From Pecten maximus (Eukaryota): 64,000 bases of DNA. The DNA is taken from the NCBI RefSeq assembly GCF_902652985.1, contig NC_047023.1:23808001-23872000 (forward strand), in the 5' to 3' direction. A program made the position numbers and the translations under genes. The notes beneath the pieces are model-generated. The model was not told where the DNA came from. It made no database searches and was given only the letters and a program-made list of their open reading frames with translations. Below are positions 46,924 through 60,800 of this stretch, piece by piece (within the stretch, counting starts at the first letter, position 1; every line of letters begins with the position of its first letter).

Positions 46924-48815
46924 TATATATAGACAAAACCAATCTTCTTTCCTTCTGCTATTATTTCGTTCGGACGTTTTCATATCATTTATCATCTGTA
47001 CAAAACACAGGTACAGGCACGGGTGAGCACATATTAGCATACTTTATGCTATATACGGATTTTAGTAATATATTATGTGTAGGTTATAATAATATAATAC
47101 ATATTGTGATTTATATAAAGACTAAAGAGTGAATAACTGGAGGTTATTCCCCTTCGACCATTAGATATTCTTACTTGGTGCGTTAAACCCGTCCTCCCTT
47201 GCTAAAGACATCTTTCGCCGTCCCCTTAGTTTTCCTTTTTGGGTTGGAGGCAACCAGTGATTTCATTTGAATATTTTAATCGACGACATCACAACTCTAA
47301 TTTTACTGGGTTTTTTTTTGTTATTTTTTTTACGTCATTTAGTGACATTTTGTAGCTAGTTTTGCTCCATTATATGATAATTTGTAGTTAGTTTTACTCC
47401 ATTTTATGATAGTTTGTAGTTTTTGTAGATATATAAATAGTATATCGCTAATAGCAGCACGCAACAACTAGGGCAGTTGCCTGACATGTGATCAGATCCA
47501 GTAACGGATCCAGCTCCCCCCCCCCTTATCGAAAATCTTATCCCCGAAAGATAAAAAAAAAAAAAATTCGGCTCGCATCACCACTAAATTACTGGACCCC
47601 CCGATCAGATCAGACGAAGACTTTAAGTTATTCCTGGTGACATTTGTTATATTTATTCTTATATTCAGTATCACATTCTCTTTCATCCAGACGGATCGAT
47701 ACTTTTTCTCTTTCTTTTAAATCTAAACTTCAGTTTCATGCCTTTCTGAAATAACGTGTATAATGTTGAACAAAGAAGGACAACTCGCAATAACGAGTGA
47801 AAATTTCTCTCTTGAGACACGAGGTCAGTCCATTATTTACAACAATATGCACCAGCATATTTGTATCTAATTATATCTTCATACATTCGTTCTGTTAAAT
47901 GAGGCTATAGATCTATCTATATAGAGATCATTTTCAGTCTAGTTCAGTCATTTCGCCGAATAAGTACGTAGTTAAAAACACTTCAAATTCGATTTATATA
48001 TACATATCCGTCATATTTTGACACTATACAATTGATAATTTTTGAAATGTATATAACATATTAACACAAGTGACGAAGGGAGATTTAACCATTAAAATGA
48101 ATTCGTTTCTGATGGGCATAAGAACGCCCAACGCATTGCAGGAAACTAATATGGGCAGCGTTTCATATTTCCTTTGATATATTTCATGGGTGTAAATATT
48201 GCCAATACCCCGACACGGCGTACATTCCCACTACTTGCCACGAAAGGTAATATGAAAGAAGTTCGACCGTGAATTAAATAAAATATATTTCAATAATCTC
48301 TGGAGTGTTGAACTGATGTAACAGTCAGTAGCGCCTGCTCCCTTTCCCACCAAGGAAACTTTTCATACACTTTCTCCTGGAAGGAAGAATTTGAAAATAA
48401 TAATAATAATAAAAATAAATCAATGGAAAACAAACAGCGCAGAAAGGTTTTTATAATTAATCATTTCAAACATGACCTTCACGACGTTTTAAGTAAACAT
48501 GACGTTAACTTTGAAAATCCTGATGTCTTAATACTAGAAAACAATCTCAAACAAGCAGGTAGGGTCGGTTCATTTTCGCGTTTTCTCATGGCTACATGTT
48601 GCATGACATCCTGACCAGGATAATTGGACTACCAATTGGAATCTCTGGTAAACCTGGTGATGTATGGGATTAGTCAAATGGAACCTACTATAATCGGCTT
48701 GCTTTTATCCTACTGAAGAATAGAGGACACACATATGGGGTGTAGCGACGTTCCAAAGAACATAAATAAAAAAAACCCAAAGCGGAATGATTTAGACAGT
48801 GAATCATTTAATCTA

Positions 48816-51800
48816 TCATCCGATAAGCAATCCTGGAAGATCAGATGTCGTTTTCGTGAACAGTGGTGGGGCATGCGATTCAAAACTAGGAACCTCAATG
48901 CTGTGGATTCCTGAGCTGTGCGAGTCCAAATGAAACTGTACGTTTCTTAAATCCTTTATCTTATATAGAGTTCCCTCCCCTTCTCCATCAAAATGGTCTG
49001 TGGTATGCGTTGGGAAAAGTTTCCAGTTTCCGATCCCGACCTGCATATTAAGTTGAGACTGATCTCCCGCGTGGTTGTGTACATATAAATTGCCGTAAGC
49101 CTCGTTATGGTAGGTGCCGACGTACGAGGACACTGGCCGATGTAAGGGCAGATTCTTCACAATTGAGTGATGTGTAGTGACGTGTTTTCGCATCCACGGT
49201 TCTGGGAACGTGCACATTGTAGTAGCGTTAAGCCATGGAGTTTCTCCGAGTGCGTTATCAGCCAGATAATTCTCTAGAACTGTCCGGAACAAGTAATCGT
49301 GGTCCGATCCTGTCATTGTAATAAAAACACCAATGTCCATGTCGGGTATCAACGTTAGGAGCGAGGAGTATCCGAATGTAGTTCCGGTATGGCGGAGAAT
49401 CGGGTACCCTAGTTTAGAAATAAAAGCAACCTCAAATACAGGAACCATTGTTATAGACTTGAGCACATCAGTGTATTTTAAAATCGGAATGAGTGCAATA
49501 TGTGACCAAATTTGTGTAAAGAAACATCTTAGTTAGGCGAACTCACGGAAACATGAATGTCATATTTGATACTGCTGAAAGCTAAATTTTAATTTTAAAT
49601 TTCATTGTTGACGATGTTCCGAAAAAGGTCTAACAACAAATTAACAAAATAAATCAATACATGAAATGAAATGAAATGAAATTAAATAAAATGAAAAAAA
49701 ATATTAAAAAAAATGAATGAATAAATAAATAAATTATCAACCACGATTTATCTAATGTTTGATCTGGTCATATTCCTAGTCCTACAATGTATAGCTAGCA
49801 CAAACATGTAGCTTAGTTCTTTATTACCATTTTTGTCAAAACACTGACAGTGTATCCTCATTAAGAACGATTTTATAAGATGTACTAACAGAAAATCAGG
49901 GAGCGTCCTACGTATTCAGCCAGACACTGTTTGATTTTGATATTTTGTAATAAGGGAACTAATTAATGATACAACTTAAAGAGTTACAGGAATGCATGCA
50001 TGACACGCAAGCACCATGACTTTTTTACTCGCGCAGTGAATAATCGCCAACATTATACGTTTGTAGGGAAAACTGAAGTCTATGTTAGCAACCGCAAAAG
50101 TTAACATGTGTTATCAAGGTATCGTCCAAATAAAGATTAAAATCCAACAAATACATGGAGATAGGAAAAAACATTATTTAAAGGGTAGTTCCTCTAAAAA
50201 CAAAATATGTAATATGACAATTTACGATTACAAATGTAGAACTCAAGAATAATAGTCAAACACATCTTCTTTAATATCCTTTTGTACGCGAAATTGATGA
50301 AACAATTTTTATTTACTTTGCAGAGCTGGTATGAAATTAAAGTTCACGTGCGCTGTCTCTTGGTTCAGAATTACACGTACAATAAAACTGTATATTTTAG
50401 CAGTAATCTGATTTTAGCGTCTTTTTCGCGCAGGAAGCATTCCGCTAAATTATGATTTCATAACTGTAATTGTAGTTTATCTACATTGGTTGCTATGGCA
50501 ATCATTGCTGGGGCGCCAATTCATCATTAACCATATCTGTTATAATTTAGTTTCCCGCTAAAATTTGAGTGTGTCGAACTAACAACGTTTACAGTACATT
50601 GGTCACTACAGTCCTTACTGAAATAACACATACACGATCTCCTGACCGCACGAAACGAAAACAGAAACAAGGGTTTGAGAGTTACAAAGTCATATATCAA
50701 AATTCTAGTGCCCCTAGTCGGTAGTCAAACGTCATATACATCACTAACACCATTTACAGAAAAATAATATACCTTTGAACGTGAAAAAAATCAACAAACA
50801 ATGTTATTGGAGAAAACAAAGCACGTGTCCTAACGTGATTAGATAGTCGGTTATGGCTGTGGCCATCCCTGAAGTGTTTTACTGACGTAAGGTCGACTGA
50901 TTTATGGAAAGCAGCTATAGCTTATTAACACGTAAAAGTGATTCTGAATGGGTTATGCTTACCAATAGTGTCGTAGAGGTGTATATAATTGGTCTTAGTA
51001 GTCAATTTAAGTTTGTTTATGGCAGAGTATTTCGAAAGCTGACTAAGGATTAGCATGGTAATATAACTTTTTTTATACAGAAGGCAGATATACAATATGG
51101 AAACAGAAAAATAAATACAGGTTACACAACGAGTGGTTGTTAAGTATGGTACTTAAAGCTTGTATTTCACTCTCGTTAGCTATTTTCTAAAGGTTACAAA
51201 AGTCAAAGAGTGCCATATCTAACGAGTACGAGTCATGTGACCTGATTTCCACAGTGACGGTTTTACATTCTGTGTTCCATTTGTCTATAAATGCAATCTG
51301 ATTAAAATACAGATCCTAACACGATAGTATTAGGATCTGTATTTTAATCAGATTGCTATAAATGGTCAGTAAATCAGAGTGTGGTTCGGAGACTGTATAT
51401 TACAATAGATAGTGATTCGGTCAGTGTAGGAATACAGCTCCGTGTGTTTTAGATAAAAAAAGAGAGATAACAATGACTGTCTGTTGCTTTCGACATCAAT
51501 AGGTCACGAGAGCTTTCTAATTTTGTTAACATTAGTCATATAAGCCAGCACGAAAAATGTCGTTATAGATTTGTAATAATAATAATTCTGTTGTCACATC
51601 ATTATTAGAGCCATTCTAGATACGAAATTACAACGTTCCTTTGTCAGCGTTGTCACTGGGGCTCGGTATCGAGAAATGGAAGACATGACAACACTAAACG
51701 TCTAGGTTTTATAAAAACCATGCGAAAATTTGGGATATCGGGTATGTATACCAACAGGATTGTAAGACTTTTGGTTATTTACAGACGTCAAATGGCTTCC

Positions 51801-54800
51801 TTACTCAAAATTCCGAAACCTAGCCCCTGTTGGCGTTACCAATCTGACCGATTAGACATGGAATCTGTTCAAATGAAATATTCTTAGAATCGTTCTGACC
51901 TAGTGCCAAGACGACTTTTCTTTAGAATTTTAGAGTTGTTATTCTGAAAGTAACGTAAATCCAGTCGATGGAACAAGCGTTTCTGAGGAAACAATCGAGT
52001 CTATCCGTACAATACCCCTCCTACATCGCATCACTTCTAAATGATTACGGTTTATCAATGCACAAAAACAAAAACAAAAAACGGCCTTTATTTCAAACAA
52101 CTAGAAATGATGCAGATTTTAATAATTTTGCGATGTCCACACATGCTTTCAAAATGTATCATAAAGCTCAATTCGTGTTAAAACCATTTATTGAGAGTGT
52201 CGTTGATGATTACAAGAAAAACTTAAGGTATTGCTTCTAGAAAATTTGGCTATTCTTCTATTTGAGCTTACTGACGTCATTCATATGATAAGCGGGGAAT
52301 TCAAACACATTTCGATTCAGAAAAAAAAAAAAACCCCAAAAAACCAAACATATCAAACAAGGTCACAATCTCGCTTTTGCATAATATTGTGGTGGAAATA
52401 GGCCAAGCGTTTTTAGGTTGTTGAGAGTTACTTACGAAACGAAATGAATAGGACATCCCGTTAGGTTATCAACTATGTCATAAGACATTCGGAAATGTGC
52501 AAACACGCGTCAATGTTGACTATCTGTTGGGAGTTGGAAAACAACAATCTGGAGTTGGAATAACCGCCGGTGCTTTTCCCTTTACCAGTGTGAAAGATAT
52601 CCCATATACCAAATATACAACAACCACTCGTCGTGTAGACTTTACCAAATGGATTTAAACAGGATACTACAACACCCTTCCACCTTCTATTTACCATTTT
52701 TTCATCGGGGTCATCCATAGCGGGAGTGAGAAATCAATCCTAGAAGGCTAAATGTAACAGCATTTTACAGTATTACGAATTATTCAAACTAAATTGTATA
52801 TAATGTAAACATCTGTGTGTACATATTAGATATTAATTTACAATGGCGACTTTACCTCTGTAGAATCCATTTTTCCAACCAAAGGCGTAGTTGTTCTCGC
52901 TTGTAGTTACCGGCACATCTGGTTTGGTGAAATATCGACCGACCGTGGAGCTGCGTATCGAATTCCTGGGAACATAGATGGACGCCAGTGCGTGCGCGTC
53001 AACCACTTGGTGACCAGCCGAGTTTTTCCCGCCATTCAAATGAAACATCATCCATTTTGTCATGTCCACAGCATTACTCATTACCCCACCAGAACCCGCT
53101 AGCTTGCCCCAGAACCTGCCGAGTACAAAGACAATTAAAAACACGTACTCGTACAAAATAATGCCAACTGAAACCGAATGCATTTCTAGACAAATTTATT
53201 AAGAACATTTTCGAAAAAGACGATACAGCGATTTGGCCAAAGTCGTGGAAATCATTTTAGATAAAAAAAATCAATTTACGGTTTCTACACATGCCTTAAG
53301 CCCCTTCAAATAGAAAGAGCGAATTCGATAATTTCGATGGAGACCTGTGCGACCACGATTTGTTTCCTCGCGTGCATTCCGTTTTAGAAACACACTAGAA
53401 CGTGACGAGTTAGCGTCTGAAAGCCTGTGTGATATATGTCGACATTTTACAGCCTGTGACCTTGGATTTCCACTCAAGTTGCAAATCCATACGCGGCCTG
53501 AAGCTAATTACTAGGACAGTTTTAGCTGTGTCCAGTCGTATTTAAGCAGACCGCGTAGGATGATTTGTGAAGATAAGTAAAAAGGGGGTTTAAGTGTTGA
53601 CAGTTTAAATAAGTGTCTGTGTATTTCTGCAAAGCAGTAAGCCGTACTGTTTTTATATTGCGATTATCAACATAGCAGAAAAATGGAAAGCATTACATTA
53701 TACATGCTTTCACTGCATAATAAACTACGTGAGAAGTTTATAGTACAATAACGTACTGTAAATGTACGTGTGCCTCAAATTATAACGCATAAATTTATTT
53801 AATCAAGTTTGCGAAACGATGAAATGGCGCAAAACAAAACTTGTCATAGAAAATAATATCAAGTTATCAGCGCAATCATATTTGTTGCAGAATAACTACT
53901 TACAGCGCGAAAAGTGCTTACGTAAGATCACCGCTGAAATAGACACATTTACAGCAAACTACTTCCAACTAATTAGAATCCTAATCTACACAAACGTACC
54001 CTCCCAAACACCTGTGTTCAGAGTGTTTTCCAGAGGGTGTCTTAATTATATATATATTTTTTATCTAGTCAAGATATTAGCAACTGTATAATTACCGATA
54101 GCCTTCCGTAAAACTCAAATTTAATTTAGAGTACCTAATGTTTTTCATTTGAAAAAGCTCAAAAACTCTAATACACTGTATGGCAGCGTATTGCGATTTA
54201 GACAAACAGAGAGCAACACTGTGTTAATCGAACCTTAATTCCAACTCAAAATCGATAGCACAAGGCCGCCATATGAAAACAATATAGTTTCGCCTTGTGA
54301 CACAGCCAAGAATGCAATAAATTTCCCCCATCATGAAACTGATCATAAAACTTCCCGATGGTCTTCAGCAACCAGCTTGTCTCGAAACCCTGTGATGTTA
54401 CTGTTCCGTCATTAGACGACATATGTCAGGAAATAGTGATACTAGAGACAGATTAATACACCATAGGAAGGGAGAGCAGGGATGTTACAACCTAGAAATG
54501 GGAAATCAACAATTGGGAAATACAAATAATCACCCTATCGTACAGCTTAGTTGTAAAGATTGAGGCAAGAGGCTGATGTTAACTTGTCATTAGGTGTCCC
54601 GGATTTAAAGTTCTACTGGGTATACCATTTGACGCGGTCAATAAAGCTGTTATTGTAATTAAGACAAAACATCGTTGATGTGTAGGTGAAAAGATTTGAA
54701 AGGGCTATGTTGTCTGTTCTGACAAGGTCTTCATGACAAGCAGCATTGGATGAAAACAAAAGCATGACGGATAATATTCAGGGTAAAAGAAAGTCTTGTT

Positions 54801-57800
54801 TGTTTTTACATAACATGCTATTAAATACAATAGTTATATCAATTAAAACAGACGAGGATTTTGTGAGAATATGTCTTAGATCCTATGCGTTAAAGAGAAG
54901 CTACTCCGTACAAAAATGTTTACATTTGTCTAATTACCTATTTAGTTCCTCGGGTACTGGAACTATTGCTCCCGTGTCAAAATCATCCACGTATCCCTGC
55001 GCAACGTCAGTGTTTTTTCTGTTAACTGTCGTCATGAAAGTAGATCCGGTCATTCCGAGAGGCGTGAAAATATTTGTATTTATTAGTTGTTGCCACGTTT
55101 TGTGACCAAGTTTCTCTGAGATCTCGGTAACTAGTCCGTACATGAGATTGTTATACATGAAGGAGCTCCGGAAAGGATGGATTGATTTCAAATTCTTGAT
55201 CCGACTGGGAATTAGAAACAAAATATAGAAAAAGGCATTGAAATAAACTGTGATTTCAGTTGTGATATGAAGTATTATGACGAGGATAATAAAGCTGGTA
55301 AGTTTGATTTATATTTGTGCTATATACCAAAATTCGCACGTGGGAATGATATACATGTAAACGTGTTCTAAGTTTACATTAGCAAAGGTAGGTACAGTAT
55401 CGATTTTTTGTTTGCCATAACGTTACAAGACGCTTAAAGTCATTAACCTACAGGCTAGCACGATTTAAACATATACTCGAGAATATCCTTCGTATATTTT
55501 ACAAAGTAATAAAAGAATAATCATTGCCTTGGCTATAGTAAATCTGACATATAAAATACCACTCCAGACCTCGGCAGATTTTGAAGTGTTAAGTTCGTGT
55601 CGAGTCGGATGTAGTTGTTTCCGGGTATGCCTAAGGTATGGGCTAAAAGGTCTCGGAGATCGGCATTCTGAGTTCGGATATTGGTAGAAAATTGAAAATG
55701 GTCACCCAAGATATCTGCTACCGTTGAGTAGATTGTGAGGCTAAAAAAACAAGAACAACAAACATTAGAAAAAGGATTTTGATATATTTACTAGCTGGGA
55801 TGAATACATTTTTCATGATGTAAATACGACTTATTATTACAACTTATAATGTAGTTTTATATCTCGTAATTACGACACAGTATGTCGTAATTACGAATGA
55901 GTTATTTCGTTGTTACGCCTTAGTATGTCGCAAATATGACCAAATCATCTCGTTAATACAACTTGATATATCGTAATAACAACTAAGTTATTTCGTTTTT
56001 ACGACTTATTTAAGAAATAATTGACGATGATTCGTGTATTGTTGCAGGATATACAACGAGGACGAGGATATTTTGCAATTAAATTAATAACGAAGGCCGC
56101 AGGTCTGAGTTATTAATAAAAATTGCAAAATATCCGAGTCCGAGTTGTATATCCTGCAAAAATACACGAGTCAAAGTTGATTATTTCTATTCTACCATGT
56201 ACTGTTTAGTTCTGAGATCGACCTCTTTCTAATAGAAAAACAGCAAAGAAACCCCGAGAAAACCTTGTAATTTATTTCTTGAGTATTGCATTATTTGTTG
56301 ATGAAATGTACAGGCAATACAGTACTACGATCAAGAGCATCTATCATATGGCATTGATTTTGAAAATTTAAAAAAAAAGGATAAAAAAGAAAAGAAAAAA
56401 GGGGGGCCTCCGTAGGATTCGAACTCGCATCTTGATAAAAATTTATTGAAAGACTAACCCATTAACCCACTCGACTATAGTAACCTTTTATAAAACGGGT
56501 GAATATTAGATATATAAAATTGTAACAGCCGTGACTCACGAGCGTGTATTATTGGCACGAGCGTGGGTTATTGGAAAATATACAAGGTTTTAAACCAATC
56601 AAAACTGCCGTTACATAGCAAACATGTTAGAGTATGTCGTAATTAGGTATATGTTGTCTCGTAATAATAATTTAGTATGACGTAATACGGACTTAATTAT
56701 TTCGTAATTACGAATTAGTTATCTCGTTATAACGACATAGTATGACGTAATTACGAATTAGTTACCTCGTTATAACGACATAGTATGACGTAATTACGAA
56801 TTAGTTATCTCGTTATAACGACATAGTATGTGTTGTATACCGCCCTGTTTACTTGTCCTCATACGTATAACTCGCATCATTTACCCGCCCTTAATACTCC
56901 ACTGCTGTGTCATGATGTGGTGTCACGAGACACTGACACACCAATTAAGATGAATATGCATGATTAGAAACCAAAGTCAAAAGATTTTATTTGATCGACG
57001 CAAGCACTATTTTCTCCTTGGAAATTCCACTGGTTCTTTCAATATGTTATGTCATTTGCGCTAAAGCGTTTTAACAAAGTAGATAACCGAATCGGTTTAC
57101 TCTAAGTCACCTCTTTCTGAAAATAACACCACTTTTCATCAGGATAGGATTTTTTCCCTCTTTGTTAAAAACGACGTTGTCAATTCACAATTGAATAGAG
57201 CTAGACGTATACTGTATATATATATTCAAAGTGTCGAGTAAAAGCCTAATGACTACACAGTGCAGCAACTTTCGAATTTGTGGAAATATGTTATCCCAAC
57301 AACAGTTCCACAGAAAACAGTGTTCTATGAAAACCACATCATCCTATGAGTTCTTACTAAGTCGTAATTATGAGATGGTGTCAATTAAGCGCAAGACTAG
57401 TAATCCAAAGGGTATCGGCTCGATTCCAAACGGCGACATTGAACTGAATATAACTGATATTGACCTCTGTTACAAATAGGATCTCTATTATCATCATTAT
57501 GCTTAGATATATGATGCCAAAACAGTGAATCCTTCTTTAGCGGGTGATTCCCTCCATGGAACTCCATCACCCTTCCCCCCTTTATGATAAAGATTTTCCG
57601 TCACTGTAGTCTGACAGTTTTCTTAATATAGGAATATGACGTTTAACTGACACCAAACTTGAAAGACATCATACAAGTATCAGGACGTCAATCACTAATA
57701 TTGTTATGCTAAAATATTTCTTCAATTGTATGTTTCGGCTGATGTCATTTACAGAGATGCATTCCTATCTAATGCGTAATTCCACTTTTTCTTCTGCTCG

Positions 57801-60800
57801 TCTTACACCACAAAAAACATCCACGTAACAATGCTTCTTGGGATGATATAGAACGATTTGAAAGCTCTTACTTGTTTGGTCCGAGTTGTTTCATTAATAA
57901 CGTTGCTGCGAATGCCTTGCTGAGGGACGCTATACCAAAGACAGTGGTGTTCGTTGTGGGAGTTCCTGTCGACACGTCCCTCACGCCATAACCTTTCGCC
58001 AATATTACTTTGCCGTTCTTGACGACAGCGACCGCCAGGCCGGGGTTGTTATGGCGACAGCCGTGGGCCTGTGGGGACGGGATACGAGACGAATGGCTAA
58101 GACAGAATGTTTTTATAACACATTGAACTGGAAAATAGATGCATTTGGGGCCTGAGTATATCCAAAGATTTGCAAGGTTATTAAACATAGATTCGACCGA
58201 GGTCGTATACACACACTAGTTGACTGGCTGTAATTAGATGTAGTACTTTGTATAATCACAAACACATTCATCAATTGCTTGTAAACGTGATTACGACAGC
58301 GCACTATACTTTAATTTCCCATACGTGTTTATCACGGATTTATGAATGGATTCGAAACTACAGACGATATGGACATGACTTATTTCGGCAGAGAAGATTG
58401 AAGCCTTATACAGACTGTACCAATGGATGGAATTCTATCATTGCTACTCTGTCGGACACAAGTCATGGGTGATATTACTGATCCCCAAAACAAAGGAACC
58501 TGATTCATCAAAGTTATCAAACCCGGACAAAATCATAAACGATATTATGATACAGAAGAGTGTATTGTTAACGTTTCCACTGTCAATTGTCACACACTGA
58601 CACAACATGCTCATCATAAAACCAACCTCGAGGATAGTTGAACTTATTTCTGACTTGGTCTTACTTTCTTATATAATTGAAGTTTGGCAAATAAAGATGG
58701 ACACAGAAATATAAAGTTCAGAAAGTTTTCCTGAATTAACATGGATGTAAAGTATATAGTCATAGGGACAATTTATACTAATCTGTCTCACGCTCCTATT
58801 CACACTATAGCAACAGGACGGTAGTTAAGAAGTGTTAAACCTATAGCGACGGAATAAAAAAATAGCAACAAAAAAACCCCAACAAACTAAGCTACGACTG
58901 GAAAAGTATTTACTACTACAATGTACCTCTACAGTATCCTATTGTGGCTGAGGGACCCTACATGACTATCCACAGCTAACCGTAAACAGAGAGAAAGGGA
59001 GAGGACTAGAGTCAAACTCTAAACAGTAAATATGAATAGATACTCGTTGAAGGTTATAGATTTTCTATACTTTTACACCAAAACGGAGTACTCTCAATAA
59101 ACGATTTATGATGAGAGTACACTCTGGCTTTTTGTGTTATAGCTCAATAACATAAACATGTATTCAAGTTATTCCTTATAATTTAATTTAATATACACAA
59201 TCCTTGTGGAAATCTACTTTTATTGGCCCTTTTTGTTCTTATAAATTATCACGCCGCTGTAACAGCCAATTAAAAGCAATGTTACAAACGATGACGTCAG
59301 ACTTTACGTTATGGTCTGATGATATATGTTAAAGCCAAAGAAGAGGATTGTTGTAAGCAAATTATAGATGTGTGATGATAAGAGCTTATCCGTATAAAAA
59401 ATATGTGGAGTTAACATTGAAGAGATACCCAGATGTGAACATTTCTCGATTTCACAGATGTGAATTGACACAGTTTCATAAGGATTATGTTACATGTTTG
59501 ATAATATATCATACAAATATATCATGGGTGTCTTTACAATAGTCCAGAATATTTGACACGCGGTACTGGTAATCGACCGTTGTTCTATTGCACTTCAGCC
59601 TCGTGCAACAGAACAGTGGTCGGCTACCAGTACCTCGTGTCAAATATTCTGGACCTCTTGAATTTGGCCACAGTTTTCGACTTCTTGATAGCAGATCATG
59701 AGGTATCACAAAGTTGCTGCCACCTCTCTGAAGTACCGGTTACCATATCTCACAGTACGAGATAGTTTGGAACGCATAACAAGGAGTATATCTCTGATGT
59801 TAGTGATCGTGACGGCTGGTAGAGAGTGACGAAGTCCGGCAAACACTCCGAAGATGTTTCATTTACTGTATGTGTTTATAAAAATCTTACACTGTGACCG
59901 GAATCGCACGGGTACCCAATGCAATAAATAAAGTACTGGTGTGATTTGCTCCTTCTTTCGAGTACGGGTAACTAGGAGTGATGCAGTGTTCTGGATCAGA
60001 CATACCAAAGAGTAAAGCATAACCAGAAGTAGCAATCGAATACATCAATAACTTACATTAATCTGTGGTGATGAACTAACACACCCAATGTTTCTGATTG
60101 TGTTATACATGTGGCAGAACCATGATCTGAGAACAATTATTATTTCTCTCAGCTTGAACTACCTCAATAGTTTGGACACCAACCTTTAGCTGGAGACCTT
60201 CTAGTGTGCTGACACTTACGGGAAAAGACAACCAGTTCTGCCTCAGATTTTATCTATGTGCTAATGTCATTTAGACATATTTCGTTATGTTTTACAATTC
60301 AATTAAGAAATAATTGTTATTTTTTGTTGTTTGCGCGTCATTTAAAATATCTGTCAAAAAATGCCGTTCATACACCAGTGAACAACAAAAAATAACAATT
60401 ATTTCTTATATTTACATTTCAAAACTATTTTTCAACGTAATCTTTGAAAAAAATCATAAGAAACAGTATTCTACGTTCGTTATACGTAGTGACGAAACAG
60501 CTGAATGATCGATGTAACAGCGTAAAAGATACATGTAGTTCCAATTTGGCGGGAAAGGTAATCAAGTACACAAGTACACAAGTACACAAAATATAGTTCC
60601 ACGCAAATTCATTATTTTAATCATCATGAAAGAAAAATATTGAAATGTTGTCTTCAATTTTACAATTATTAACAAGTTTTAAAGTTGATAAAACATTATT
60701 TCATGTGTAATCAAACGTGATTTTATATTCACACTTCTGCATTCTACGTGGCACCGTCAACAATGTACTGTATGTATTCATACGCGGCAGGTTAATTGTT

